A stretch of DNA of 62,943 nt, counting the filler, from Reclinomonas americana ATCC 50394 (taxonomy: Eukaryota): the NCBI GenBank assembly GCA_048213135.1. It is 20 parts of 20 records of this genome, joined end to end, with 100 filler letters (N's around TTAATTAATTAA, not from the genome) between each part and the next. Parts side by side here need not be neighbours in the genome. Positions count along the whole stretch, not along the records: positions 42,366 to 47,756 come from AFZH01019958.1; positions 47,857 to 51,669 come from AFZH01019959.1; positions 51,770 to 55,725 come from AFZH01019962.1; 17 more parts are not named here. One strand, 5' to 3'. Positions 43,787 to 53,966 of this stretch are shown piece by piece (within the stretch, counting starts at the first letter, position 1; each line of letters starts with the position of its first letter). The notes under the pieces are model-generated. The model ran no database searches. It saw nothing but the letters and a program-made list of their open reading frames with translations, and was not told the origin of the DNA. The translations under genes were made by a program, and so were the position numbers.

Positions 43787-44527
43787 ATGGACAAGGACCA
43801 TTATCTTCACGGACTCGTTCGGAAGCTTGAGACGAGCTCGCCCTTGCAGCCCGAGGAGCGAGACCATCTGCTCCGGCTGCCGCTGATCCTCAAGCATTTC
43901 GAGAGCGGGCACGACATCGTCAGCGAGGGGGAGCGCACGAAGCAATGCTGCCTCGTCGCCGAAGGGCTGGTCTGCCGCTACAAGATCGTCGGCGACGGGC
44001 AGCGCCAGATCCTGTCCTTGCACCTTCCCGGCGACATCCCCGATATCCATTCGCTCCTCATCGAGCAGATGGATCACAATCTGGGAACGCTCACGGCTGC
44101 GACCGTCGGGTTCATTCCTCACGAGGCGGTCCGCGCCCTGACGCGCTCCTACTACCGGATTGCTGAAGCGTTCTGGCGCGAGACACTGGTGGAAGCCGCC
44201 ATCTACCGGGAATGGATGGTTGGAATTGGCCGGCGCTCGGCGCCGAGCCGTATCGCCCATCTATTCTGCGAGTTCATCACCAAGATGACCGCGATCGGCC
44301 TATCCGACGGCAGGACCTGCGAACTACCACTGACGCAGCCCGAAATCGCCGATGCGCTCGGGCTCTCCACCGTTCACATGAACAAGAAGCTGCGAGAGAT
44401 CCGACAGGCCGGGCTCGTGCGCGTGCGGTCAAACAAGCTGACCATCCTGGACTGGAAAGGCCTGTGCAAACTGGCTGAATTCGACCCTGATTATCTCCAT
44501 CTGCGCGACGCCAACTCTAAAAAGTGA
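43787..44527 (+). CDS. Crp/Fnr-family transcriptional regulator
   Basis: DGQRQILSLHLPGD and LPLTQPEIADALGLSTVHMNK HTH. Confidence 0.95.
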   Translation: MDKDHYLHGLVRKLETSSPLQPEERDHLLRLPLILKHFESGHDIVSEGERTKQCCLVAEGLVCRYKIVGDGQRQILSLHLPGDIPDIHSLLIEQMDHNLGTLTAATVGFIPHEAVRALTRSYYRIAEAFWRETLVEAAIYREWMVGIGRRSAPSRIAHLFCEFITKMTAIGLSDGRTCELPLTQPEIADALGLSTVHMNKKLREIRQAGLVRVRSNKLTILDWKGLCKLAEFDPDYLHLRDANSKK

Positions 44528-44536
44528 GGCGCGTCT

Positions 44537-44561
44537 GGAACACCAGAGGGCGAGACGCATT
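44537..44561 (+). promoter_or_regulatory. EcfG-like promoter (possibly giving a leaderless mRNA)
   Basis: GGAAC-N16-CATT ending 8 nt before ATG 44570. Confidence 0.5.
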
Positions 44562-44569
44562 TGACAGAC

Positions 44570-44797
44570 ATGCCCCGGTATTTCTTCCACACGCGCGATG
44601 GCGACCATATCGAAATGGACGACGAGGGCACTGAGCTGCCCAATGACCAGGCCGCCAAGAATGCTGCGAAAGAGCTTCTTTCCGGTCTGAATCGCGAAAA
44701 GCTCCCAAATGGTGATCACATGGAGCTTGCGGTCGTCGTAAAGGACTCGGCCGGAGCAGAGATCTACGAAGTGACCTTGCATCTCGACGGTCACTGA
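44570..44797 (+). CDS. Small conserved alphaproteobacterial protein (DUF6894-like)
   Basis: MPRYFFHTRDGD...DDEGTELP..AA pattern. Confidence 0.8.
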   Translation: MPRYFFHTRDGDHIEMDDEGTELPNDQAAKNAAKELLSGLNREKLPNGDHMELAVVVKDSAGAEIYEVTLHLDGH

Positions 44798-44798
44798 T

Positions 44799-45397
44799 TG
44801 AATAGCCCCTGGATTTGTGGGCGCCTTCTTCCCAATTTTGAGGCAAGGAGGCCATGATGGGGCCGGTCATTAGAGGGATGATTTCAACCGTGACACGGGC
44901 GCGCAGGCTCCCGAGCGACGCTATCCGGTTGCGGAGGTGTCCAAGCGGCTCGGGATTGGTCAGCACTCGCTTTACGCCCGGAAGCGGAAGTTCTCGAAGC
45001 CACCGCCCCCCGCTGGTGTCGACCAGGCTGCGGAGATCCGCCGTCTGAACGGGGAGCTGGCGCGGATCAAGGCTCCCAGTCCACCAGCATGGATGGCGCA
45101 GCCTTCCTGAAGCACTACAATCTTGAGCATTCGATGAGCCGACGCGGGAACTGCCAACGCCGTGGCAGAGAGCTTCTTCAACGTGGCAGAGAGCTTCTTC
45201 AACCTGCTCAAGCGCGAGCAAATCCGCCGCAAGACCTATCGGATGCGCGAAAAGGCAAGGCAGGACGTGTTCGACGACATCGAGATGTTCCACAACCCGA
45301 AGCGCAAGCACGTCAGGAACGGGATGCTGTCACCCGTCGAGTTCGAACGGCGGCACAATAGTAGTCCGATGGCGTCTACGAAACTCGGGGCTCTTCA
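44799..45397 (+). mobile_element. Internally deleted IS3-family element
   Basis: Imperfect terminal inverted repeats TGAATAGCCCC...GCC / GGCG...GGGGCTCTTCA. Transposase fragments VAEVSKRLG, AAEIRRLNGELAR, SMSRRGNC and AESFFNLLKREQIR...FHNPKRKH. Only 599 bp long. Confidence 0.9.
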
Positions 45398-45507
45398 CCT
45401 TCATCGTCGTCCGCTCCTCCCGGCAAGGGAAACGATGCGGAAAACTCCAGCTCCAAGCGATCCTGTTTTAAGGGCTCAGGTCACCTTACGGCATTCCATC
45501 GACTGAA

Positions 45508-47280
45508 TCAGGACCGCCATTCGGCGAAGAGTTCCGAGAGCGCCCAGAAGGCCAGCTTGCGGGTCGTCTTGTCCTCGGCGATCAGGCCTTTCCGATTGAA
45601 TCCCTTCTGGAAGCGGGTCTGGCGGCGCTCAGTCCGGAAATCGTAGAGCAACCAGGCGGCGATCCCGGCGACATAGGGTGTCGCAGCCAGGCGCCTGACC
45701 TGCTGACGATAGAACTCGGCCTGCCAATCCTCGGTGAAGAGGACGCGGCCGGCGCCCCTGTGGCCGGGCAGAGCATCGGCGCCGGTCTCCGAGACGATCA
45801 CCGGCTTGCCCGGGTCCGAATTGGCGAGCAGGCGGTCGAGCCCGGAGAAATCGGGCTCGTACCAGCCGAAATACTCGTTGAGTCCGATCACATCGAGATG
45901 TTCGGCGAGCCGGTCCTCGATCGCGAAGGTCTCGCGGTTGATCAGACAGGCGGCGCCGACCAGGCGGGTCGGATCAGCGCGTCTGGCGGCCTGTGCGAGC
46001 CGCGCCATGAAGGAGAGGCGCGCATCGGTGTCGGCGTTCTCGTTGCCGACGCCCCAAAGGATCACGCTGGCGCGGTTGATGTCGCGGGCGACCAGCTCGC
46101 GCAGCTGGTTCTCGGCATCGACATAGGTGTCGGGATTGTCGAAGGCGATCGCCCAGTAGACCGGGATTTCGGCCCAGAGCAGCAGCCCCATCTCGTCGGC
46201 GATCCGCGCGACATGCTCATGGTGCGGGTAATGCGACAGGCGCAGGAAATTGCCGCCGAGCTCTTTGACATGGCGGAAGCGACGGCGCACATCCGCTTCG
46301 GTGGACACCTTGCCGAGCGCCAGGTCATCCTCGTGGACGCAGACGCCCTTGAGACGAAGCGTTTCCCCGTTCAGCAGAATCTCGGTGCCGCGGGCCTCGA
46401 CCGTTCGGAAGCCGATGCGCTCGTCGACCTGGTCCGCGCCGCAGGAAAACCGGACATTGTAGAGCCGGGGCGCCTCGGGCGACCATGTCCGCCCGGCAAA
46501 GGGTATCTTCGCTTCACCTCTGCCGCCGCGGATGAGGACGGAGAGCGATAGGCCGAGCTCGGGAACATCGACCTGCGCGGTCGTATCGACCGCCTCGGAC
46601 AGGACGATCGCGAACCGGGCCTCTCGTCCCCCGGGCAGCAGCACGGCGCGCGCCTCGCGGATGAACGCCGCCGGCAGGCGCATCAGCGAGATCTCGCGAT
46701 AGAGCCCGCCATAGTTGAACCAGTCGATATGCTGCATCGGCACGCGGACCGGGGAGCGCCGGTTCTCGACCATGACCTGCAGGCGGTTGCGGCCGTCCTG
46801 CAGGACATCCGTCACATCGAGACTGAACGGCGTCGAGCCGCCGCGATGGCCGCCGACATAACGGCCGTTGACGAAGATGAAAGCCGCATAGTTGGCCGCG
46901 CCGATGTTGAGGATCGCCCGCTCCCCGGCGGGGCCGCGCAGCCAGTCGAGATGGCGCGTGTACCAGGCGGCGCCCTCGAAATAGGTCCATTCCGGCTTGA
47001 GCAGGTTCCAGCAGGACGGGACCGGCACGAGCTCGCCCGCCTCGATCTCGTAATCGCGCGGCTGGGGCCATTGCGAAGGCGGCGTCTCGTCGAGCGCGAA
47101 CCATCTCTGGCGCAGGCCCTCGTCGAAGAGGTCGAGCGTGAGGCGCCAGTCGCCGGCGAGCGACAGCACCGGCCGGCCGTTGACAGGCACATAGGTCTCG
47201 GCTCCGACGAGCCCGGAAAGATAAGGCCGGGCATAGTCTTCGTCGTGGAGATGATGGAAGGGATCGTCCGCGGCCATCAT
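45508..47280 (-). CDS. Glycoside hydrolase family 2, beta-glucuronidase/hexuronidase-like
   Basis: VPSCWN, DWFNYGGLYR, RLSHYPH, WGVGNE (acid/base), VSETGA (nucleophile) and NRKG. Confidence 0.93.
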   Translation of the reverse strand: MMAADDPFHHLHDEDYARPYLSGLVGAETYVPVNGRPVLSLAGDWRLTLDLFDEGLRQRWFALDETPPSQWPQPRDYEIEAGELVPVPSCWNLLKPEWTYFEGAAWYTRHLDWLRGPAGERAILNIGAANYAAFIFVNGRYVGGHRGGSTPFSLDVTDVLQDGRNRLQVMVENRRSPVRVPMQHIDWFNYGGLYREISLMRLPAAFIREARAVLLPGGREARFAIVLSEAVDTTAQVDVPELGLSLSVLIRGGRGEAKIPFAGRTWSPEAPRLYNVRFSCGADQVDERIGFRTVEARGTEILLNGETLRLKGVCVHEDDLALGKVSTEADVRRRFRHVKELGGNFLRLSHYPHHEHVARIADEMGLLLWAEIPVYWAIAFDNPDTYVDAENQLRELVARDINRASVILWGVGNENADTDARLSFMARLAQAARRADPTRLVGAACLINRETFAIEDRLAEHLDVIGLNEYFGWYEPDFSGLDRLLANSDPGKPVIVSETGADALPGHRGAGRVLFTEDWQAEFYRQQVRRLAATPYVAGIAAWLLYDFRTERRQTRFQKGFNRKGLIAEDKTTRKLAFWALSELFAEWRS

Positions 47281-47756
47281 CCTGCTCCGAGCCGGTAGCC
47301 GATGCCGATCATCCGGCGGAAGCGCCAGCTCCAGCGGCCCGGAAACAGCACATCGGCGATCATCGCGATCGCGATCCAGCGGAACCAGGTCGCGAAGCCG
47401 TTGGAGAGCCCTTGCGGCTCCTCATAGCCCTTCACCCAGCCGTCCTGGCGGCGGATGCCGGTGCGGACATCGCAGAAGCCGCCATCGGCGTTCTGATCGG
47501 CGAGGAGCGCGTCGAGCAGGCTCGACAGCCACTGGCGGATCTCGTCACGGCGATGGTCGAGCAAGGCGAGGCCATGGACAAGGACATCGACGGCGTCGAC
47601 GTCGATGCAGGCGGAATCGACGCGCGGCGGCAGCGACAGCACATAGTCGACCGAGCGGTCGAAGGCGGCCGGGATGCGGCCCTCATGGTACCAGATATGG
47701 AAATTGTGCATCGAGCCGGCGAAGGCGTGCAGCAGGCGCGTCGAGTCAGAGAGCTG
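47277..47756 (-). CDS. Hypothetical protein with QNADGGF (prenyltransferase/squalene-cyclase-like) motif (5' partial)
   Basis: Stop overlaps the GH2 start; high-GC codon pattern. Confidence 0.75.
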   Translation of the reverse strand, partial: QLSDSTRLLHAFAGSMHNFHIWYHEGRIPAAFDRSVDYVLSLPPRVDSACIDVDAVDVLVHGLALLDHRRDEIRQWLSSLLDALLADQNADGGFCDVRTGIRRQDGWVKGYEEPQGLSNGFATWFRWIAIAMIADVLFPGRWSWRFRRMIGIGYRLGAG

Positions 47757-47856
47757 NNNNNNNNNNNNNNNNNNNNNNNNNNNNNNNNNNNNNNNNNNNN
47801 TTAATTAATTAANNNNNNNNNNNNNNNNNNNNNNNNNNNNNNNNNNNNNNNNNNNN

Positions 47857-48699
47857 TGCCCCGCTCGCCATGCCCGCCATCACCCGCTTCTGGGCGAGCA
47901 GGAACAGCCCTGCCACCGGCAGGGTGGTGATCACGGCGAGCGCCATGATTCCCTGGAAATTCGCGCCCAGCTCGGTGTTCATCGACAGCAGCGCCACCGG
48001 GAGCGTGTAGGTGTCCGGCGTCTTCGAGATCACCAGCACCGGGAACCACTGCGCCCAGTTGAGCAGGAAGGTGATCAGCGCCACCGTCACGGTGATCGAG
48101 GACGCCATCGGCAGGACGATGCGGAACAGGATCTGCGCCTCGTTGGCGCCGTCGATGATCGCCGCCTCGATGACCTCGCCCGGGATCTTCCGGAAGAACT
48201 GCTCGAACAGGAAGAACTGGATCGGTCCGAGCGCCAGGAAGAGCACGATGCCGGCATAGGAACCGAGCAGCCCGAGCTTGAACATCACCAGGTAGACCGG
48301 GATCACCAGCAGCATGTAGGGGTACATGATGGTGACGAGGAAGCCGTAGCGCAGAGCGGTGAAGCCCGGCAGCTGCGGCTTGCGGGTCAGCGCGTAGGCG
48401 CCGAGCGCGGTGACGACGACGCTGAGGACGGTCGAGGCCGTGGTGATCGCCAGCGAATTGGCGATGTAGCGTGCCAGCGAAACGCCGCCGAGGCTGGCGA
48501 TCTCGGTGAAGATCGAGAGGTCCAGCGTCTCCGGCAGCAGCCGCAGCGGATCGTCCATGATCGCCCGCGTCGAACGGAAGGCGCTGACCAGCATCCACCA
48601 ATAGGGGTAGAGGAAAGCGAGCCCGACCAGCGCGGCGAAGGCGTAAGCCGCGATCTGGAGCGGCCGGCTGATCCGCGTCATCTGCGCATCGGCACTCAT
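47857..48699 (-). CDS. Carbohydrate ABC transporter permease (MalG-like, 3' end clipped)
   Basis: EAA motif IEAAIIDGA; YTLPVAL. Confidence 0.95.
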
Positions 48700-49586
48700 C
48701 GCGCAGCCTCCCTGTCGCCCAGGCGATAGATGGTCAGGGAGACGCCGATCACGATCAGGAAGAGGACGCTCGCCATCGCGGTCGCCTCGCCATAGCGGCC
48801 CTGATCGAAGAGCTGGTAGGCGTAGTAGGAGACGAAGTTTGTCGCCTCGTTCGGCCCACCCTTGGTCATCACCACCACGACGGTGAAGGTCTTCAGGAAC
48901 TGGATCAGCGCATAGACGGTGTTGATGATGAAGGCCGGCTTGAGCTGCGGCAGGATCACATAGCGCCAGCGCTGCCAGGCCGTGGCGCCGTCGACATGCG
49001 CAGCTTCCTCCAGCGCCCGATCGCGGATGGCGAGGTTGGCGTGGAAGATCAGCATGTAGAAGCCGGCATGGTGCCAGAGCTCGGCGATCAGCAGCGAGAT
49101 CATCGCCGTCGGTCCGGTGGTCAGCCCGGCGAAGGCCGGCAGGCCGACGGTGTCGAACAGCGCGTTGATCGCGCCGAAGGAACGGTCGTAGAGCCAGCGC
49201 CAGACGACATAACCGGCGACGTCCGGCGTCACCACCGGCAGGAACAGCGCCAGGCGCAGAAGCAGGCCGCCGCGCCTCAGCAGCGGCGAGTCGATCAGCA
49301 CCGCCATGCCGAAGGCGAAGCCGATATTCACCACAACGGCGACCGCCGTATAGAGGAAGGTGCGCAGCAGCGAAGCCAGAAAGGCCGGGTCGGCGAAGAT
49401 CGCCGCGTAATTGGCGAAGCCGACATAGGTCGGGTTCGGCCGCAGCGCCGTCGCCGATGCCGTGAACGACACCATGATCGACAGCACGATCGGCCAGACG
49501 CCGAACAGGATCGTCAGCACCGCGAAGGGCAGGACGAAGAGATAGAAGATCCGGTTATGCCAGACCGTTTCAAGGGTCGTGGTCAT
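48696..49586 (-). CDS. Carbohydrate ABC transporter permease (MalF-like)
   Basis: YVGFANY, EEAAHVDGA and MTKGGP. Confidence 0.95.
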   Translation of the reverse strand: MTTTLETVWHNRIFYLFVLPFAVLTILFGVWPIVLSIMVSFTASATALRPNPTYVGFANYAAIFADPAFLASLLRTFLYTAVAVVVNIGFAFGMAVLIDSPLLRRGGLLLRLALFLPVVTPDVAGYVVWRWLYDRSFGAINALFDTVGLPAFAGLTTGPTAMISLLIAELWHHAGFYMLIFHANLAIRDRALEEAAHVDGATAWQRWRYVILPQLKPAFIINTVYALIQFLKTFTVVVVMTKGGPNEATNFVSYYAYQLFDQGRYGEATAMASVLFLIVIGVSLTIYRLGDREAAR

Positions 49587-49660
49587 GCTGTCTGCCCTTC
49601 CGGTAGAGGCTCGTCCGCGGGCGCGCGCAGCGCAGCCCGCAATCGCGATATCGCTTAAGG

Positions 49661-50944
49661 CTATTTGGCCTTCAGCTTTGCCGCGAGCTCGCGCATCTCC
49701 CTGGCCGTCTCGGCGATGAACGGCTTCCAGTCCGCCGGCGGCTTGGCGATGCCGGAGAGCAGCTTCTTGTGGAAGGCCGCTTCGAGCTCCGGATAGAAGG
49801 GATGCACCGCCTCGGGGAAATCATAGGCGATGAGCGGCGCCTCGGCCTTGGCGAAATACTGCGAGCGCGGCGACAGGGCGGCGACGTCGAGGTCACCGCG
49901 CACGGCCGCGCCGATATTGTCGAGCGAGGCCTGCTGGGCCGCCTTGCTCAGCATGAACTGGGCGAAGTCCTGCGCCAGTGCCTTGTTGGGCGCGTTCTCG
50001 GGGATGGCGATGCCGCGCATGCCGCCGATGACGACGTAGTTGGTCTCGTCGGCTGCGAATTTCGGCCATTTGCCGACGACGAAGTCGCCGTTGAGGACCT
50101 TCTCGCCGTCCCACTTCTTCACATTCCAGTCGCCGACGCGGAACATGCCGCCGCGGCCGCCCTCGATCACCTGGTACATCTCGGTGAAGGAGTGGTTGAT
50201 CGTGTCCGGCGCGACGAATTTGTAGCTCGTATAGGTCTTGAGGAACTCCTCCAGCACCGCCGCATGGCGCGGCTCGTCGATGGTGATGTTGCCTGCGGGA
50301 TCGATCAGCGTGTGGCGCAAGCCGGTGCCGAAGCTGAACAGATCGAGGATGTGGATGAGATCGCGCGGCTTGGCCGCCTCGAGCGCGAAGCCGAAGGTGT
50401 CGGCCTTGCCGTTGCCATCGGGATCATTGTCGCGGAACTTGCCAGCGACGCGCTTGGCATCCTCCCAGGTCTCGGGGAATGTCTCGCCAACCTTGTCGAG
50501 CCAGCTCTTGCGCACGCCGAAGCCCATCTGCACGCGCTGGATCGGGATGATGATCTGCCGGTCCTTGTAGGTCGCGACCTTGAGATCGTCGTCGGTGAGG
50601 AAGGCCTTGTCGGTGACCTTGCCAAGCACCGGCTTGAGGTCCGAGACCTTGCCAGTCTGATCCTGGATGCGGATGACGCGCTCGTAGTTGTTGTAGATCA
50701 GGTCCGGCGCCGAATCGGTGTTCAGCGCGCTGATGACACGGCCGAACCACTGGTCGGTCGGGTAGCTGAGCGACTTCACCGTCACGCCTGGCCGCTGCTT
50801 GGCGAATTCGGCGGACATCGCCTCGAACCATTTCAGGCCGTTGTCGCCGAGATCGTGCCAGACGGTCAGCGTCTGCGCGGCCGAGGGCAGCGCACCCGCC
50901 ATCACGATACCCGCGGCGGCGGCAATCCGTTTCAAGAACCTCAT
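49661..50944 (-). CDS. Carbohydrate ABC transporter substrate-binding protein
   Basis: Signal peptide, TLTVWH, APDL and PETWED; GGGAGGA RBS. Confidence 0.93.
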   Translation of the reverse strand: MRFLKRIAAAAGIVMAGALPSAAQTLTVWHDLGDNGLKWFEAMSAEFAKQRPGVTVKSLSYPTDQWFGRVISALNTDSAPDLIYNNYERVIRIQDQTGKVSDLKPVLGKVTDKAFLTDDDLKVATYKDRQIIIPIQRVQMGFGVRKSWLDKVGETFPETWEDAKRVAGKFRDNDPDGNGKADTFGFALEAAKPRDLIHILDLFSFGTGLRHTLIDPAGNITIDEPRHAAVLEEFLKTYTSYKFVAPDTINHSFTEMYQVIEGGRGGMFRVGDWNVKKWDGEKVLNGDFVVGKWPKFAADETNYVVIGGMRGIAIPENAPNKALAQDFAQFMLSKAAQQASLDNIGAAVRGDLDVAALSPRSQYFAKAEAPLIAYDFPEAVHPFYPELEAAFHKKLLSGIAKPPADWKPFIAETAREMRELAAKLKAK

Positions 50945-50999
50945 GGCTTCCTCCCGTGAACGCTATTGGGCTGCGCTCTTCTGCTGTGCTGTCTTGTTG

Positions 51000-51017
51000 A
51001 GGGTAAACGTTTACCCT
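51000..51017. promoter_or_regulatory. LacI-family operator
   Basis: Perfect 18-bp palindrome AGGGTAAACGTTTACCCT with a central AAACGTTT, between the divergent ABC operon and the lacI-family gene. Confidence 0.85.
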
Positions 51018-51076
51018 TGCTGCACCCTATGACCTCTCGCTATAAAAGCGCAAGTGTTTTTGTGGCCCTGGACCGA

Positions 51077-51669
51077 ATGACGGCGATGACGATGCGGCGC
51101 ACGGCGCTCAAGCCGGCCGATGCCCAGCAGGCATCGATCGCCAATGTGGCCGAGCGGGCCGGTGTCTCGATCGCGACCGTCTCCCGGGTCCTGAACGGCA
51201 TCGCGAACAAGGCCTCTGCCGAGACGGTCGCCAGGGTCAGGCAGGCGGTGGCCGAACTCGACTATCGCCCTTCGAGTGCCGGCAAATCACTGCGGCAGAG
51301 GCAAAGCCGGCTGGTTGCCGTGCTGGCCGCCAACCTCGCCAACCCGACCATGGCGGCGATCGCCGCCTCGACCGAAGTGGCACTGCGCCAGCAGGGGCTG
51401 GTCATGGTGCTCTGCGACACCCATGACGACCCGAAGCTGCAGGACGAGTATCTGCGCGAGATGCGAGCACAGCAGGCCCGGGCGATCGTCTTCCTCGGCG
51501 CGGTGGCGAGCCCCATGCTGGACCTGATGCGGGGCGGCCCTACCCCCCTGATCTTCGTCAACCGCCGCGACCCCGGCGACCCGAATGGCGACTTCGTCGG
51601 CATCGACAATGTGCAGGCGGGGCGAGATGTCGCCACGCATGCGCTGGCCCATGGCATCAGGCACCCGGC
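51077..51669 (+). CDS. LacI-family transcriptional regulator (3' partial)
   Basis: SIANVAERAGVSIATVSRVLN. Confidence 0.96.
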
Positions 51670-51769
51670 NNNNNNNNNNNNNNNNNNNNNNNNNNNNNNN
51701 NNNNNNNNNNNNNTTAATTAATTAANNNNNNNNNNNNNNNNNNNNNNNNNNNNNNNNNNNNNNNNNNNN

Positions 51770-51858
51770 TAGGCCAGCGCATGCGGCTTCGGCCGGAAGC
51801 GGCTGTGGCGGACGCGGCCGACATAGAGCGCGGACTGCCAGGTGTCGCTGCGCGTCAT
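51770..51858 (-). CDS. DUF1365-family protein (N-terminal fragment)
   Basis: SALYVGRVRHSRFRPKPH; start overlaps the stop of the FAD oxidoreductase. Confidence 0.85.
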
Positions 51859-53201
51859 GCCGCCAGCTCGCGCCGGACGGGGAGCGGGATGCGACCGGAT
51901 TCGTTGGCGACGTTCCAGGGACGCCGGACGTCGCCGAGCGCCTCGGCGACGGCGAGGCCCGATTGCAGCCCGTCCTCGTGAAAGCCTGAGCCGAAATAGG
52001 CGCCGCAGAACCAGCTGCGCCTCGCACCCTGCAATGTCCACAGATGCTCCTGGGCTGCGAGCGCGGCCCGGTCGAAGATCGGATGCTCGTAGACCTCTTC
52101 GCGCAGGATGGTTTCGGCACGCAGCGTCTCGGGCGGGTTCAACGTGACGAAGAACGGCCGCTGCCTGGGCAGGTCCTGCAGGAGGTTCATCCAGTAGGTG
52201 ACCGCGCAGGCGGCGTCGGGCCGGGCGCGCTCGCCGAGATGGTTCCAGCTCGCCCAGGCGCGGCGGCGGCGCGGCATCAAGGCCTCGTCGCCATGCAGCA
52301 CGGCGCGGTTGCGGCTGTAGCGAAAGGCGCCGAGCGCACTCGCTTCGAGCGGATCGGGATCGGCCAGCAGCGCCAGCGTCCGGTCGGCATGGGTCGCGAA
52401 GACGACCTGGTCGAAGCGCTCGCTCCAGCCGTCGCCCGCAACCAGCACCTCGTTCGGCGAGCGCCTGACCTGCCGCGCCGGTGTGCCAAGCCGGACGCTG
52501 CCGCGAAACCGGCTGCGCAGCCGCTCGACATAGACCGCGCTGCCGCCGGTGACGGTGCGCCAGAGCGGGCGGTCGGTCAGTTGCAGCAGGCCATGATTAT
52601 GATGGAAGCGCAGGAAGGCCTGGGCAGGATAGGACAGGATCTCCGAGCAGGGAGCCGACCAGATCGCCGCCGCCATCGGCAGCAGGTGATCGTCCCGGAA
52701 CGCGGCGCCATAGCCGCCGGCAGCCAGATACTCGCCGAGCGTCATTGCCGCGGCGCTTCCTGCCCGGGCATCGCGGGTGGCGTCACGGTAGAAGCGGACG
52801 AGACCCCGGAGCATGGCCCAGAAGCGCGGGTTGGCGAGATTGCCCGGCTGCGCGAACAGGCCGGCAAGGCCGGTGCCGCTGTATTCGAGGCGCCCAGCGT
52901 CGAGCGAGACGGCAAAGGACATCTCGGTCGGCTGCGTCGCGACGCCGAGATGGTCGAGCAGGGCGACGAAGTTCGGGTAGGTCCTCTCGTTGTAGACGAT
53001 GAAGCCGGTATCGACCGGCGTTTCCCCGCCATCGTCTCCCGGCACCAGCACAGTGTTGGCATGCCCGCCGAGCCGCGGCTCGGCCTCGATCAGCACGACG
53101 TCATGCGCCTGTCCCAGCAGCCAAGCCGCCGACAGCCCGGTGATGCCCGCGCCGATGACGGCGATCCTCTTCGGGTGTGGGTGAGCCTGCGGCATAGCCA
53201 T
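51855..53201 (-). CDS. FAD-dependent oxidoreductase (amine-oxidase family) of the RpoE-ChrR lipid-modification locus
   Basis: IAVIGAGITGLSAAWLL, RLGGHANT, VDTGFIVYNERTYPN and GFHEDGLQSG. Confidence 0.93.
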   Translation of the reverse strand: MAMPQAHPHPKRIAVIGAGITGLSAAWLLGQAHDVVLIEAEPRLGGHANTVLVPGDDGGETPVDTGFIVYNERTYPNFVALLDHLGVATQPTEMSFAVSLDAGRLEYSGTGLAGLFAQPGNLANPRFWAMLRGLVRFYRDATRDARAGSAAAMTLGEYLAAGGYGAAFRDDHLLPMAAAIWSAPCSEILSYPAQAFLRFHHNHGLLQLTDRPLWRTVTGGSAVYVERLRSRFRGSVRLGTPARQVRRSPNEVLVAGDGWSERFDQVVFATHADRTLALLADPDPLEASALGAFRYSRNRAVLHGDEALMPRRRRAWASWNHLGERARPDAACAVTYWMNLLQDLPRQRPFFVTLNPPETLRAETILREEVYEHPIFDRAALAAQEHLWTLQGARRSWFCGAYFGSGFHEDGLQSGLAVAEALGDVRRPWNVANESGRIPLPVRRELAA

Positions 53202-53223
53202 TCCTTGCTTTTCGGAAAGGCTA

Positions 53224-53249
53224 TACGCGGGGGGCTGCGCTTTGGATTT
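53224..53249 (-). promoter_or_regulatory. RpoE(ChrR)-type promoter for the FAD oxidoreductase
   Basis: AAATCC-N16-CGTA on the minus strand. Confidence 0.55.
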
Positions 53250-53280
53250 GTCGCCGGCTTCCGGAAATGCCGCTGCGATG

Positions 53281-53306
53281 TGAGCCGATCGCTCGTGCCG
53301 CGCGTA
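53281..53306 (+). promoter_or_regulatory. RpoE(ChrR)-type promoter for the membrane protein
   Basis: TGAGCC-N16-CGTA. Confidence 0.65.
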
Positions 53307-53336
53307 AAGCAGAACGAGGCAAACAGAGGTCCGGCA

Positions 53337-53936
53337 ATGCCCGCCAAGCGGTTGAAGCGTCTGTTCGCGGCACTGGGCGCCCATGTCGCCCATCCGCGGC
53401 CGCGGGAAGCCATCGCCAACACCGTGGCGTTGGTGATCGTCTCGAACCAGCCCTTCTATCCGCTCTATCTCTACTGGGCCGTGTCGCCGATGATCTCGCC
53501 AGCCTTTCTGACCTTCCTCTCGACGCCGCTGTTCGCGCTGGTGCCGAGCGCGATGCGATGCAATTCCAGGCTCGGGCGCTGCCTTTTGCTGTGCGCCGGG
53601 ATCGGCAACACGCTGCTCTGCCGCTTTGCCTTCGGCAACGCCTCGGGCGTCGAAGCCTTCCTGTTTCCCTGCCTGATGCTGTCGGCCCTGCTCTTTCGCC
53701 GCGACGAGCGCATTTGTGCCCTCGGCTTCATGGCGCTGAGCTTCGCGGCCTATCTGGTCCCCGTCGACGCCGTCATGACTCCGCTGCATCTCTACTCGCC
53801 GCGGGAATACCTCGCCCTGCAACGCCTGAACTTCCTGAGCGCGGCGTCTCTGACGGCGCTGATAGGCTGGCTTTTCGCCCAGCGACACCCGGACATCGCG
53901 CCAGACGGTGAAACCGGAACGGACCAGCGAGCGTAG
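53337..53936 (+). CDS. Hypothetical multi-pass membrane protein
   Basis: GAGGT RBS, about six hydrophobic segments and an SNQPFYPLY motif. Confidence 0.75.
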   Translation: MPAKRLKRLFAALGAHVAHPRPREAIANTVALVIVSNQPFYPLYLYWAVSPMISPAFLTFLSTPLFALVPSAMRCNSRLGRCLLLCAGIGNTLLCRFAFGNASGVEAFLFPCLMLSALLFRRDERICALGFMALSFAAYLVPVDAVMTPLHLYSPREYLALQRLNFLSAASLTALIGWLFAQRHPDIAPDGETGTDQRA

Positions 53937-53966
53937 AAGGGACGTAACTTGCGGAAAGGACATCGC

